A stretch of 64,000 nt of DNA from Dictyostelium discoideum (taxonomy: Eukaryota). The DNA lies in NCBI GenBank assembly GCA_000004695.1, contig CM000155.2, positions 256,001 to 320,000 of the forward strand, in the 5' to 3' direction. Shown piece after piece: positions 36,100-48,286 of this stretch (positions are counted from its first letter, which is position 1; every line of letters begins with the position of its first letter). Made by a program: the position numbers and the translations under genes. The notes beneath the pieces were generated by a model. That model saw only the letters and a list, made by a program, of their open reading frames with translations. It searched no databases and had not been told where the DNA came from.

Positions 36100-37080
36100 T
36101 TATTTTGTACAAATAATATATGAAACTTCAGAACCTATAAATTCACCTTTATTTAAAAGTTCATCAACATGATTTACAATCTATATATATATATATATAT
36201 TTATAATTATGTAAATATTAGAAAAATAATTGGAATAATTGGAATAAAAAAAAAAAAAAAAAAAAACCATTACCAATAATAATAATATTACCTTTGATTT
36301 CCAAAGTAAATATTTCTCTTTATCAAGTGTTTGAATGAATTTTTGTAAACCAGGTGGTGATAGGAATACTTCAGAATATTCTTCACCATTTTGAATTGGT
36401 GAATTAACAAATGAATGACCAGCGAGTACTCTTGAGAAACCAGCATCTAATGCCATTTGACGTAACTTGGTTGTATCGTTTAAATGAAATGATGATCTTT
36501 CTTGTGAACTCATATCAATTCCAATTTCATCGGCTATTTTCTTAACAATTGTAAATTGATTTGAATTTTCAGGTCTACCCCACACTGAAAATGCGGCAAT
36601 ACCACCAACTTCTAATACTCTGTAAGCTTCTTTTAACATTGTTTCTGGTGATGTTACTAAATGTAAACAATAATTACTAAAATAACGATCGAATGAGTTG
36701 TCTGGGAATGGTAGTTTTTCAGCATTACATTGTTGAATTTTGAAATTCTTTTCTGGAATTTCATCACCACCATCACCATTATTGGTCATTCCTAAACATT
36801 GTTTAGTTAATTGAATCATTTCATTTGAAATATCAGTTGATATGAATTTACTTGAATCGTTTTTATATTGTAAACATAATTTTGTACCTGCACCTGGACC
36901 ACATGCAACTTCTAATATAGATTTACAAGAATTTTGAGCACTTCCAAATTGACTTGTAATACCTAAACTGGTAATTAATAAAAATGCAACCGGTGCTGTT
37001 GAACATTCATTATAATGTTGAAAGATTTTACTAAATCCATCCCATTTTTGTTCTAATTCTTCTGATGTAAATACTTTCAT
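36100..37080 (-). CDS. Class I SAM-dependent methyltransferase, copy B (inverted paralog of 18574..19524). Exons approx 36292..37080 and 36100..36180.
   Basis: The protein is about 93% identical to copy A (MKVFTSEELEQKWDGFSKIFQHYNECSTAP..., the same motifs I-III). It differs by small indels (MTNNGDGGDEIPE vs MTNGDEIPE) and a few substitutions (EIGIDMSSQERSSF vs EIGIEMGGASRSPF). Same intron position: donor AAG|gtaat at about 36291, acceptor atatatag|ATTGTAAAT at about 36181, tail IVNHVDELLNKGEFIGSEVSYIICTK*. Confidence 0.7.
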
Positions 37081-37844
37081 TATCTATCTATCTGGTGGTG
37101 TTTTGTTTATTTCTAAAAAAAAAATAAAAATTAAAAATAAAAAAAATTAATTTTCATCAAGATATTTTTTTTTAAAAAAAAGTTAGAAATAAAAAAAAAA
37201 AAAAAAAAAAAAAAACCATTTTATAAACCATTTAATAAAATGAAATTTCAACACAAACTATTTTTAGAAATTTTTTTCATTTTTTTTATTTAAGAATCAA
37301 TGATTAAAATAAATAAATAAAAATTGGAAATTGTTCTTAAAATAGTTTTTTTTCATTATAATTATAATAATTTAATATTTGTGAATGTAACCCTATGTTT
37401 TGGTGAAAGGTTATGAAAAAAACTTGATTTCTTTTTTTTTTTTTTTTTTTTTTTTGGGCCAAAGGTTATAATTTCATAATTTGAAAGAAATCGATTTCTT
37501 AATAATGATTAAAAAAAGAAAAAAAATGATCAATAATTTTGAAAATTGGCCAATTTAAATTCAAATAAATCACAAACAAAATAAAATATGGTTAATTACC
37601 ATACCAAAAAAAAAAAAAAAAAAAAATTTAAAAAAAAAATATTATAACCGATACACAAATTTGTGAACAGATGAAATCTTAAAAAAAAAAAAAATAAAAA
37701 TAAAAATAAAAATAAAATTAAAAATAAAAATCTTTTCAATTTAAAAAAAAAAAAATAAAAAAAAAAATAAAAATAAAAAATAAAACATTAATATAAAAAG
37801 TTTTTTTTAGAATTGTGCAATCCACAAAAAACAAAAAAAAAAGA

Positions 37845-39089
37845 ATGAAAGTGTTAATTCTTGTATTATTACTATTATCATTGAGTGGAGTTTTCACTGG
37901 ATACACCCCACAATGCAGTTCATGTTATTCTGAAGGTCAAAGAGTTTGTATATTTTAAGAAAAAAAAAAAAGTTAAAAATGAAAATAAATTAAAACTGAT
38001 TTTTTTTTTTTTATTTTTCCCAACAAATTATTTAAGTGTATGATATTAGATACAAATTCAGGAACTTATAAAAATGGTGGAGAATGTAATGATGGATTAG
38101 TATGTGCAGCTAAAAATAAAGGCGAAGATGAAAAGAATTGGATATGTATGAAACCAATTGAATTGAATGGAGTTTGTGCAGGTGAGAGTTCATGTGTAAT
38201 TGGATTAACATGTGATCCAGTTGAATTTAAATGTTTAAATTCTAGATTCGCACAAATCGGTGAAAAATGTTCAAAAGATACAGACTGTTCTGGAACATTA
38301 GCATCTTGTACTAATAATATTTGTAAATCAGAATCAAGTGGTAAATGTGATGATGCATCAGATTGTGAATATGGCTCAACTTGTAGTAACAGTTTATGTG
38401 TACCATTACGTAAACAAGGTGAATCATGTGATTCAATGAAAGGTGAAACATGCATTTACGGCCTCTCCTGTCTCTCCAACTCTACCTGTGGTCCATTATT
38501 CTCAAAACCATTAGGTGCATCATGTCTAATGGATGATGATTGTAATCAACCTGAAAATTTATATGTATGTGAAAAAAAAAAAAAAAAAAAAAAAAAAAAT
38601 AATAATTTCCAAAATTAATAAATTTATTAATTATTAATTTTTTTTATATGTTGTACAAAATAGTGTTCACAAAAATCACATTTATGTGAAGAATATGTTC
38701 AACCAAAACAACCAACAACAAATTGTAGTTTAACTGAAAATTCATGTGACCAATTCCATGAATGCTCATGTGATGGTAAATGTTACCAAAGTTCACCATT
38801 CCCAACCCAAGTTACAAGTGGTATGCAACCATTAGTTAATTGTGTTTTAAAGAATAAATGTACATGGGTAACAAACTTTTTCTCATCTGATAGTTGTATA
38901 ACTAAAAATTGTGCTTCTGAACTTTGTAAATATAATGGTGTCACAATTATGAATAATGCTTTAACATGTGGTAATAATCATCAATCAAATATTTATTGTG
39001 CTGATTCAAATTCAGTTTCAAGAATTAATATTAACAATTCAATGTTATTATTATTATTATTATCTATTTTATTAATTTTTAATTTTTAA
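37845..39089 (+). CDS. Secreted, cysteine-rich, probably GPI-anchored surface protein (~330 aa). The exon model is tentative: 37845..37917, 38062..38564, 38664..39089.
   Basis: N-terminal signal peptide MKVLILVLLLLSLSGVFTG. Body with ~36 Cys in repeated C-x-DG-x-C / C-x-x-x-x-C spacing (GGECNDGLVCAAKN, CAGESSCVIGLTCDP, CSKDTDCSGTLASCTNNICK, CDDASDCEYGSTCSNSLC, CDSMKGETCIYGLSCLSNSTCGP, CLMDDDCNQPENLYVC). Donor TTATAT|gtatgtgaaaa at 38565. Acceptor acaaaatag|TGTTCAC at 38663. Third exon ...CSLTENSCDQFHECSCDGKCYQ...ends NINNSMLLLLLSILLIFNF*, a hydrophobic tail typical of a GPI-attachment signal. The exon 1/2 junction uses a weak gtttca donor and is uncertain. Confidence 0.5.
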
Positions 39090-39516
39090 AATAAAAATAA
39101 AAATTGATTAATTAAAATTAAAATAATTTTTATTTTTATATTTATTTTTATATTTATTTATTTTTTTTATTCTTATTTTTTTCTAAATCTAAATTTATAA
39201 TTTGGTTTAAATCATTTAAATTAATAATTTTCAAATTTTAATTACAAAAATAAAAATTATTTGAAATTTTTTCACAATCAAAAATAAAAAAATATCTTTT
39301 TATGTGTGATTTTGAATTGATTTCAAAGAATAGATTTTTTTTTTTTTTTTTTTTTTTTTTGTGTTAAAAAAAAAAAAAAAAAAATTCTTTTCACAAAAAA
39401 AAAAAATAAAATAAAAAAAAATATATATTATTAAATTATCAAATTATTTATTTGTTTAATTTATTTTATTGTTAATAAATTGGAAAATAAAAAAAAAAAA
39501 ATTATTTATTTATATA

Positions 39517-39543
<27 letters not shown>

Positions 39544-39548
<5 letters not shown>

Positions 39549-41610
39549 TAATTTTGTTTTTTCATATTTTAAAAATGATCCAATTAAGGAAAATAATGAA
39601 GATAATGAAGATAATGAAAGTGATAGTTATGAAAGTGACTATGAAGACAATGAAGTTACCGATGATAATAAAAATAAAAATTTACAACAACAACAAAATA
39701 AAATATTTCCAAATTATTTAATAATTTCAATTTTAAATATGATATTAAATTCTGAATATAAAGATGGTATTAAAATTAAACATTTTCCAACAAAGAAAAT
39801 AAATATTTTTCAAAATATATTAAAGATGACATTAGTTTCAAAGAATTTTGAAACAAATATTATACCACATTTGAATTATCCAATTTTTATAATAAAGAAT
39901 TCAAAAGATATGCTTTATATTCAAAAACTAGTTAAAAATGGTATTACTCCAAATTGTAAAAATCCATTTGTAAATATTAATCAATTAAATATTAATTTAC
40001 CAAATGAATATAAATTGACTGAAACGAATCCAACCAATTCAATATTTAAAAAATTATTATTATTTAAAGAGAATTTTAAACTTGAGAAACTTAAAATCTC
40101 AACAGCATTAGTACCAAATGATATGGATTGTGAAGTTCCTTCGATTTTAGTTGAATTTATAATTAAACATCAAATTAAAGAATTGGAATTACATAATTTA
40201 CCAGCAATTAAAAACCCAAATTTTACAGAGAATAAACCAATTTTAAATTATTCATTTCTTTCAAACAGAATTGAGCTATGTAATATTCAACATTTATGCT
40301 TAAAGAATCAATTGTTGTCATGTGATAGAGTGATGGATTTTTTAGAACTAATTCCAAGATTATCAAGTTTAGATTTAACAAATAATAGAATTGGTTTAGA
40401 TTATAGAGAGTGCTTTACAAATGCAATTGGAAAGGCAAATCAATTATCAAGTTTAAAGCTATCTTCAAATATTTTAAAAGATAATATATTACAATTATTA
40501 CCAATTTTAAAATCAAATTGTTATCAATTAACTACATTAGATCTTAGTGAAAATTATATAACTGATGAATCAAGTAAATCAATTGAAGAATTTATTCAAT
40601 TTAATAAAACAATTGAATCTTTAAATTTATCTGGTAATTCATTCACTGAATTAGGTGTTAATTTAATTTTTAGTTCATTAATTCAAAATGAAACACTAAC
40701 AGATTTAACATTATCAAATTTTCAAAATTTTAATACAACTTTATTCTCTGAATATTTATCAAGTAGAAATAGTAATAATTTAAAATCATTAAATTTATCA
40801 AATAGTAAAATTTTATGTTCATCAAATTTAATTTTTCAATCATTATCATCGCCATCATTAAAATATTTAGATTTAAGTTATTGTTTAATTAATGATGATT
40901 CACAAATTAATTCATTATCACAATATTTTAATTCAAATGAAAATTGTAAATTAGAGAAATTAAAATTATTGAATTCTTTTAAAGAAAGTGTACCATGTAA
41001 ATTATTATTTTCAAATTTATCTCAATCAATTACAGATTTAGATTTATCATTAAATTATTTAGATAATGAAAGTTCAATTGAGCTATCAACAATTTTAGAA
41101 ACAAATAAATCAATTAGATCTTTAAATTTAACTTGCACAGTCTTTAGAAATCTAGGTTCACTATTTAATGCTTTAAAGCTTAATAATACTTTATTATATT
41201 TAAATTTATCAAGAAATTCAATTAAGTTAAAAGATATTATTGATTTTCAATTCTTACTTGTTAATAATTCATTGATATCTTTAAACCTATCAAATAATGC
41301 TATTGAAACAAATGAAATGCTTCAATTTTTTAAACACCTCTCTAAAAATAGATCAATTAAATATTTAGATATTTCAAATAATCCTACAAATGGTGATATT
41401 AGATTTCCAAGTTTTAAAAGAAGAAATCAAAGATTATCTTTGGATATTAAAGTTTCAAACTTTTTAAAAAATAATCCATATTTAACAAAAATAACAAATA
41501 ATATTAAAATTGATAAAAATAAACCATATTCAATAACAAAATATGATTCTTATACTTCTGATTTTTTTGCTTTTCAACAAAAGAAACCAACGAAAAGAGC
41601 TGCTTATTAA
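39544..41610 (+). CDS. Leucine-rich-repeat protein, RNI-like (ribonuclease-inhibitor / RanGAP-type LRRs), 688 aa, single exon.
   Basis: Repeated ~28-aa units: LTTLDLSENYITDESSKSIEEFIQFNKTIESLNLSGNSFTELGVNLIFSSLIQNETLTDLTLSNF..., ITDLDLSLNYLDNESSIELSTILETNKSIRSLNLTCT, LLYLNLSRNSIKLKDI, LISLNLSNNAIETNEMLQFFKHLSKNRSIKYLDISNN. Acidic N-terminus. Confidence 0.6.
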
Positions 41611-41697
41611 AAAAAAAAAATTAAAAATTAAAAATTAAAAATAAAATAAAATAAAATTTTTTAAAATAATAATAATAATAAAAAAAAGAGTTTTTAT

Positions 41698-41770
41698 TTA
41701 TCTTTTAATTCTTTTTCTTTTTTTTTCTTGAATTTGAACTTTTTCCTCCTGTTGTTGTTCTTCTTGTTGA

Positions 41771-41846
<76 letters not shown>

Positions 41847-43362
41847 CCTCTTGTTGTTCTTGTTGTTCTTCTTCTTCTTGTTCTTCTTCTTGTTGTTCCT
41901 CTTGTTGTTCTTGTTGTTCTTCTTCTTGTTGTTCTTCTTCTTGTTGTTCTTCTTCTTGTTGTTCTTCTTCTTGTTGTTCTTGTTGTTCTCCTTGTTGTTG
42001 TTCCTCTTGTTGTTCTTGTTGTTCTTCTTCTTGTTGTTCTTCTTCTTGTTGTTCTTCTTGTTGTTGTTGTTCTTCTTGTTGTTGTTGTTCTTCTTCTTGT
42101 TGTTGTTGTTGTTCTTGTTGTTGTTCTTCTTGTTGTTCTTCTTGTTGTTGCTCATCTTGTTGTTGTTCTTGTTGCTTTTTTTTTTGTTGACTATTTGGAC
42201 TTGTTATTAAATTTAAAAGTGAAGGTAGTGATGAAATTGGATATTGATCAAATATTGATAAAAGATTTAATTTTTCTTTAATTTCCTTCATTGTATCATC
42301 ACTATAAATTGTAGAATCACCAATTACATGAAAATCCTCTAATAATGATTGTTTCATTTGATCATATTCTATTTCCCAAATAATTGTAATTTTTGGTTTT
42401 TTAATATTTGGTTCATGATAAATTATTACACTAGAGAAATAATTACCATCATCATCATTATCATCTATTTGTGATTCTTTATAACTAATAATTGAATTAT
42501 TATTATTTTTATTATTATTATTAATTTTATTAATTAATAATTTAAAAAATGAATTTCTCCTTTTAAAAAAACTAGAAATTCTTTGAAATATTTTTAAAAA
42601 ATCTGATAATGATTTTGTTCTTTTACAATATTCTATAAATTGACCAAAGTGTGAAGATGATAAAACTAATGATGGTATTTCAACATTTATTGAAAGTTGT
42701 TGAATAAAAGGTTGTTGTGCTATTCTTTTATCAACTCTATCTTCTTTATCCTCATCATCTTCCTCTTCATCATCTTCTTCCTCATCTTCTTCCTCATCAT
42801 CTTTTTCTTTTTCATCGTCATCTTCGTCATCATATTCTTTTTCTTTTTGTTTTTTTTTTTCTTTTTCAATATTTTTTTTTTTTCTACCAACTGTAAAGTT
42901 TATATTAAATTTAATTTGATTACAATAACCACCATACTCGAAATCACCATATCTAAAATCATCATTATCTTTTACAATATTACTTTTAGTTTTTGATATT
43001 TTATAACCTGTTAAATTTTCTATGATATTATTAGTTTGATTTAATTCATTCAAACTTTGATGGTTGTTTTTTGATGAAGATGATGATTTTTTATCACCTT
43101 TCATAAAATCCTTTGAATATTTAGTATTATTATAAATTGAATAATCATTAATCAATTCTTTTAATTCTTTATTACTTTCATCGTCATCATCATCATCGCT
43201 ATTATTTTTGCCTATATAACTTTGATCATCATTAACGTCATCAATAGTTTCATTTTTTAATTGAATTTCTTGCTCCTGTTGTTTTTGTTTTAAAAATCTA
43301 ATCTTGCTTTCTAATTCTTGGATTTCAATTTTTAAATCCACAACAATTCGTTCATTTTCCAT
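41698..43362 (-). CDS. Hypothetical acidic protein (554 aa) with an N-terminal coiled coil and a long C-terminal (Q/E)n tract encoded by CAA/GAA repeats.
   Basis: ORF MENERIVVDLKIEIQELESKIRFLKQKQQEQEIQLK.... Two acidic blocks (DDDDDDES; DDEDDDEKEKDDEEEDEEEDDEEEDDEDKED). A conserved-looking middle segment KITIIWEIEYDQMKQSLLEDFHVIGDSTIYSDDTMKEIKEKLNLLSIFDQYP. A ~140-aa Q/E copolymer at nt 41760..42180. No family recognised. Confidence 0.5.
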
Positions 43363-43935
43363 TGAATTACTGAAAAATTAAAAAAAAAATAAAAAAAAAA
43401 ATAAAAAAAAAAGAAATTTAAAAACACCCAAGTTCCTTACTCATTTCAATATTGCCTCATTCTTGCTTCGTTTTGGGATTAATTAAAATTAATAATAAAA
43501 TAATAAATATATTTTAAATTTTTAAAAATTTTATTTTTCTAAGTCTTTAAAAATTTCATATGTTTTTTTTTTTTTTTTTTTTTTTTTTTGAGTATATCTT
43601 TTTATTAATAATAAATACATTGATTTTTTTATTTTTTAAAGTTAATTATTGTACATGTATTTTTTATAGATGAACAAATTCAAACCGAAATTTTCATCAC
43701 AATTGTTTATAAAATTAATTAATTTCCATATTGAAAAATATTTTTAAATTTATCCTGAATCTTTCTAAATAATAGTTTTTATAAAACAAAATATCATAAA
43801 TCCATAAATTAAATAGGGATAGTTGATCAATTAATTTAAAATATATATATATATATATATTAATTAATTATTATATATTATTAAAATTATTATTATATAT
43901 TATTAAAATTATTATTATATATTTATTAAATTTAT

Positions 43936-45426
43936 TTATAATTCATCATGTTTAGCAGAAGAATCTTTTTTAGATTCAACATTATCATCAGTTTGAGATG
44001 ATGGTAATTTGAATTCAATGGCAGCGTTATCTTGAATGAATTCAACAAAGTTCATATGATCATTTCTTTGACCTTCATAAGAGATTGGATTTTCTTTGTC
44101 ATCAGCTTTGAAGAGCATGATGGTTGGGTAACCTCTAATTTCGATATCACTTGGTACATCATTTGAGTCGGCATCAATCTTTACGATTGAGACAGATTCA
44201 ACGTCTTTTAAGTATTCACCTAATTTATCGTAGATTGGAGCAAGATTCTTGCAATGACCGCACCATGGAGCGTAGAATTCAACCAAAACATCCTTTGGTG
44301 AGTCTAAAACCAACTTTTTGAAAGTGGTACCAACGGCAACCTTAACTGGAGCATCATTTGATTCTGGTTCTGGTTGAGATTTAACAAATGGAGAAACTTT
44401 ACCACCAATGACATCTTGGATCCATTTGGAGACGGTATCGAATGAGAAGGTTTCTTTTTCATCGAAATTGTAACGAGCTTTATTGGCAACTGAATCAACA
44501 GAGATGGCTGGAACAACTTTACCAGAGAGACCCATATGAGTTGCTTGTTGTGGGAATTTCTTCATATCGACCCAACAGAAAACGGCATTACCTTTTTGTG
44601 AGGTAGCGATTTTCTTTACATCTTCGAGAACTTGAGTGTTATCTTGAGTGGAGTCAATGAATAAATAAGCTAATGGAACGGCGATTGATTCATACTTTTT
44701 GTAGGTGTTACGATTGATTTCACCTAATAATGGTACAGAGTTACCTTTAATGAATTTAATTAATGATTCACTATCAAATTCACCTTTGTGGGCAACGGTT
44801 GGTTCATCAAAACTTCTAAATAAAACAACGTTTGGTGTGGATTCAACATGTTCCTTTGAGAAATCTTTATCAATTACAACGGCAAATTTAGCTGATTTCT
44901 TATTATTTCCTGCTAATTCACTAAATAATTTAAATCTATCATCATGATCATTATCAAAGAAACCAACAACACTAATTGGGTGTTGTTTTTTAAATTCTTC
45001 AATATCTTCATTTGATTCTAAAGTTGAAATAGTTGGTTTTAATTCTCTAAAATAAAAAAAACTATTAGTTTTTTTTTTTTTTTTTTTTTTTTTGAATAAT
45101 TTTAAAAATAGTATTATTTTTATAAAAATTTATACTTTACTCTTCTAAAGTTTGAACAATTGATTTAGTGGTTCTATCACCTTCATATGGTTCAGCTTTA
45201 CCATTCTTGAAAACAACTAAAGTTGGATAACCTTGAACTTTATTTTGTTTACAGAGTTGTTCATGTTGAGTACAATCAACTTTTGCAATTGCAATCTTTT
45301 TGTTGGCTGATAATTGTTTAGCAGCTTCTTCATATAATGGTTTTAAAGTTTTACAATGACCGCCTATATATTATATTATATTATTATATTATTATATTAT
45401 ATTATTATATTATTATATTATATTAT

Positions 45427-45486
<60 letters not shown>

Positions 45487-45894
45487 TTTTAAAATTATTA
45501 AATAATTAATTAAAATTAGAAAAAAAAAAAAAAAAAAGTCAATAAAATTATTTATTGAAAATAAAATCTAAAAATAAAATTAAAATACATACACCATGGG
45601 GCATAAAACATAACAAGAGTTACGTCATGTTCAGAAACTGAATTATGGAAATTATCAGAATCTAAGATTTTAACAAATGATTCATCATGATCATGTTCAT
45701 GATCACCATCACCATGATCATGTTCTGGGTGACCTAAAAATTTTTATAAAGAAAAAAAAAAAAAAAAAAAAAAAAGTTAGAAATAAAATTATTAGAAAAA
45801 AAATATATATTTATATATTTTATTTACCTTCACATGAAAAAGCAATATTAGCAAACAAAGCTAAAACAAATAACAAAGCTAAAAATTTATTCAT
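43936..45894 (-). CDS. Protein disulfide-isomerase (a-b-b'-a' architecture, two CGHC thioredoxin sites, C-terminal HDEL ER-retention signal). Exons approx 45828..45894, 45593..45733, 45141..45363, 43936..45046.
   Basis: Signal peptide MNKFLALLFVLALFANIAFSCE|gtaaat. Exon 2 GHPEHDH...VTLVMFYAPWC, where the donor TGGT|gtatgt splits the active site. Exon 3 (acceptor tatatatag|GCGGTCATTGT) reads GHCKTLKPLYEEAAKQLSANKKIAIAKVDCTQHEQLCKQNKVQGYPTLVVFKNG.... Exon 4 ELKPTISTLESNEDIEEFKK...VLVEFYAPWCGHCKNLAPIYDKLGEYLKD...IRGYPTIMLFKADDKENPISYEGQRN...SSAKHDEL*. This may correspond to the HDEL-bearing PDI paralog of D. discoideum. Confidence 0.85.
45371..45500. repeat. Compound microsatellite inside PDI intron 2: (TATTATAT/ATTAT)n followed by (ATTT)~15.
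   Basis: Direct read: tatattattatattattatattatattatt...tatttatttatttatttatttatttatttattta. Confidence 0.85.
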
Positions 45895-46105
45895 TATTTG
45901 TATATTTTTTTTTTTTTTAATTTTAATTTTACACAATGAAATGAAAATTTTTTTTTTTTTTTTATAAAAAAAAAAATTTTAAAAAAAAATTAAAAAAATT
46001 GAAAAATAAAAAAATAAAATTTTATATTAATACACTGATCAAAGGTGACTCACCCTTTTTTTTATCATTCAAAGTCAATAACTGTTAAGTTTGAGGGGTA
46101 AATAA

Positions 46106-46144
<39 letters not shown>

Positions 46145-46475
46145 TAAAAAATTTAACCAATAAAAGAATTATTTAATTGTTATTTTTGGCTTTTGTAGTC
46201 AATGTGGGTTTTTTGTATTTTTTTTACAACTAAAAATTATAATAATAATAATAATATTACAAATTTGTAAAAAAAAAAAAAAAAAAAATAAAATTGTTTT
46301 CCTTCAACAAATATGGTTGTTTTTTAATTATTTATTATTATTTTTTTAATTTTTTTTTTTAAATAAAAAAAACAAATTTAAATAAAATAATAAAATAAAG
46401 TCAAATATTGTTTATCAATTTTTATTTTTGGACACGAGATTTTTCCAAAATCACGACAAGACGAGATATTTTCTC

Positions 46476-46519
<44 letters not shown>

Positions 46520-46805
46520 TGAATTAAAAAAATAGAAATCAAATTTTATTAATAGAAATATTTTGACATATTTGACTCATATATATTTGACTCATTATAG
46601 AATTGTTTTAAAACAATTTTTTATAATAGTTTTTTTATTATTTTCATTAATTTTTATTTTTTTTTTATTTTTTTTTATTTTTTTTTATTTTTTTTTTTCG
46701 TTTTCGTGGATGAAATTTTTTTATTCTTTTTTTTTTTTTTTTTTAAATTTTTTTTTTCTGCTAGCAAAATTAAATAAAATAACTATAAATAGATAGATAG
46801 ATATT

Positions 46806-47542
46806 ATGTCAAATTGTTCTAATAATAGTGAAAATTGTAATATTAATGACAATAAAAAAAAAGAAGAAAATGTAAAAAATCAAAATTCAAATAAAAATTC
46901 AAATAATAATAATAATAAATCAAATATTGAATCGATTATATTAAATAAAAAATCAAAATTTTCAAGTGAAAAGGAATTAGATGAAAAAGAGAATAAAGAT
47001 TTAAAAGATTTATCAAATAATAAACCAATTAATATCGATGAATATGAAGGATTACCTAGATTTGAAAATGAGCAAAATGCACGTTCAAAATCATCTCTAT
47101 GGTCTAAACTCTGTGATTGGATGTATGACCAAAATTTTAAGATTGCAAGTTCAACATTAAAAAATGGACCAATACCAAAACACATTGGTGTAATTATGGA
47201 TGGGAATAGAAGATTTGCAGAAAGAAATCATCTAGAAACTAAAGAGGGTCATAAAAAAGGATTCAACACAATGCTAGACCTATGCCAATGGGGTCTCACA
47301 CTTGGTGTTAAAATAATCTCAGTATATGCATTCTCAATTGAAAATTTTAAACGTTCAAAAAGTGAAGTTCAAGATCTTATGGAATTGGCAAATAATAAAT
47401 TCACTGAAATGATCTCAAAATCACATAAACTTCAACAACTTGGTGTCAGAATACGTGTTGTTGGTGATCATTCACATATACCTGAAAAAACAAAATCAAT
47501 TTTAGCAAAAGCTGTAAAATCAACTGAAAATAATACAAAGTA

Positions 47543-47581
<39 letters not shown>

Positions 47582-48187
47582 TTTAAATTTATTAATTTCT
47601 AAATATATATATATATGTATTCTAATTATTATTATTTTTTTTTTAAAAAAAAAAAAAGAGCATTATTAAATATTTGTTTATCATATACATCACATGAAGA
47701 GATATTACATTCAATGAAAATATTAAGTAAAGGTGTAAATCAAGAGAAAAAGATAGAGATTGAAGATATTGACCAAGATTTATTTGAAAATTGTTTATAT
47801 ATTAAAGAGGATTTAGATATATTAATTAGAACATCTGGTGAATATAGATTAAGTGATTTCATGTTATGGCAATCATGTTTTACAAATTTAGCATTAGTTA
47901 ATACATTATGGCCTGATTTCTCTTTCTTTCATTTCATTTATATAATTTTCTTATATCAATTTAATAGTAAAACTTTAAAAAATGAAATTCAAAATCAATA
48001 TAAATTTAATAATAATAATAATAATAATACAGATAATAATAATAATTTAAAAGAAAATATAAAAAATTTAAAATCAGATCAAAGAGTAAAAGAATTTATA
48101 AATCATTTAAAAATTTCTGAAGAAAAATTATTTGATGAATTTATTTCAAAATATAATGAGGAGGAGGAAGAAGAAGAAGAAATATAG
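46806..48187 (+). CDS. Dehydrodolichyl diphosphate synthase (cis-prenyltransferase, UPPS family) with an N/K-rich N-terminal extension of ~110 aa. Exons approx 46806..47539 and 47659..48187.
   Basis: IPKHIGVIMDGNRRFA (human DHDDS MPKHIAFIMDGNRRYA). [48 protein letters not shown] ([48 protein letters not shown]). Donor ACAAA|gtaaataat at 47540. Acceptor aaaaag|AGCATTATT at 47658. Exon 2 ALLNICLSYTSHEEIL...DILIRTSGEYRLSDFMLWQ (KCFLNVCFAYTSRHEI...DILIRTSGEVRLSDFLLWQ). Confidence 0.75.
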
Positions 48188-48286
48188 TAATAATAATAAT
48201 AATAAAGTTGTTTTTTTTTTTTTTTTTTTTTTTAATATTTTTATTTTTATTTATTTATTTTATTTATTATTTTAATTTTAATTATT

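Noticed and set aside
38040-38042. ATG at 38040 as the start of the Cys-rich protein, as in the ORF track.
   Set aside because: An upstream exon at 37845 encodes a clean signal peptide. A secreted Cys-rich protein starting at 38040 would lack one.
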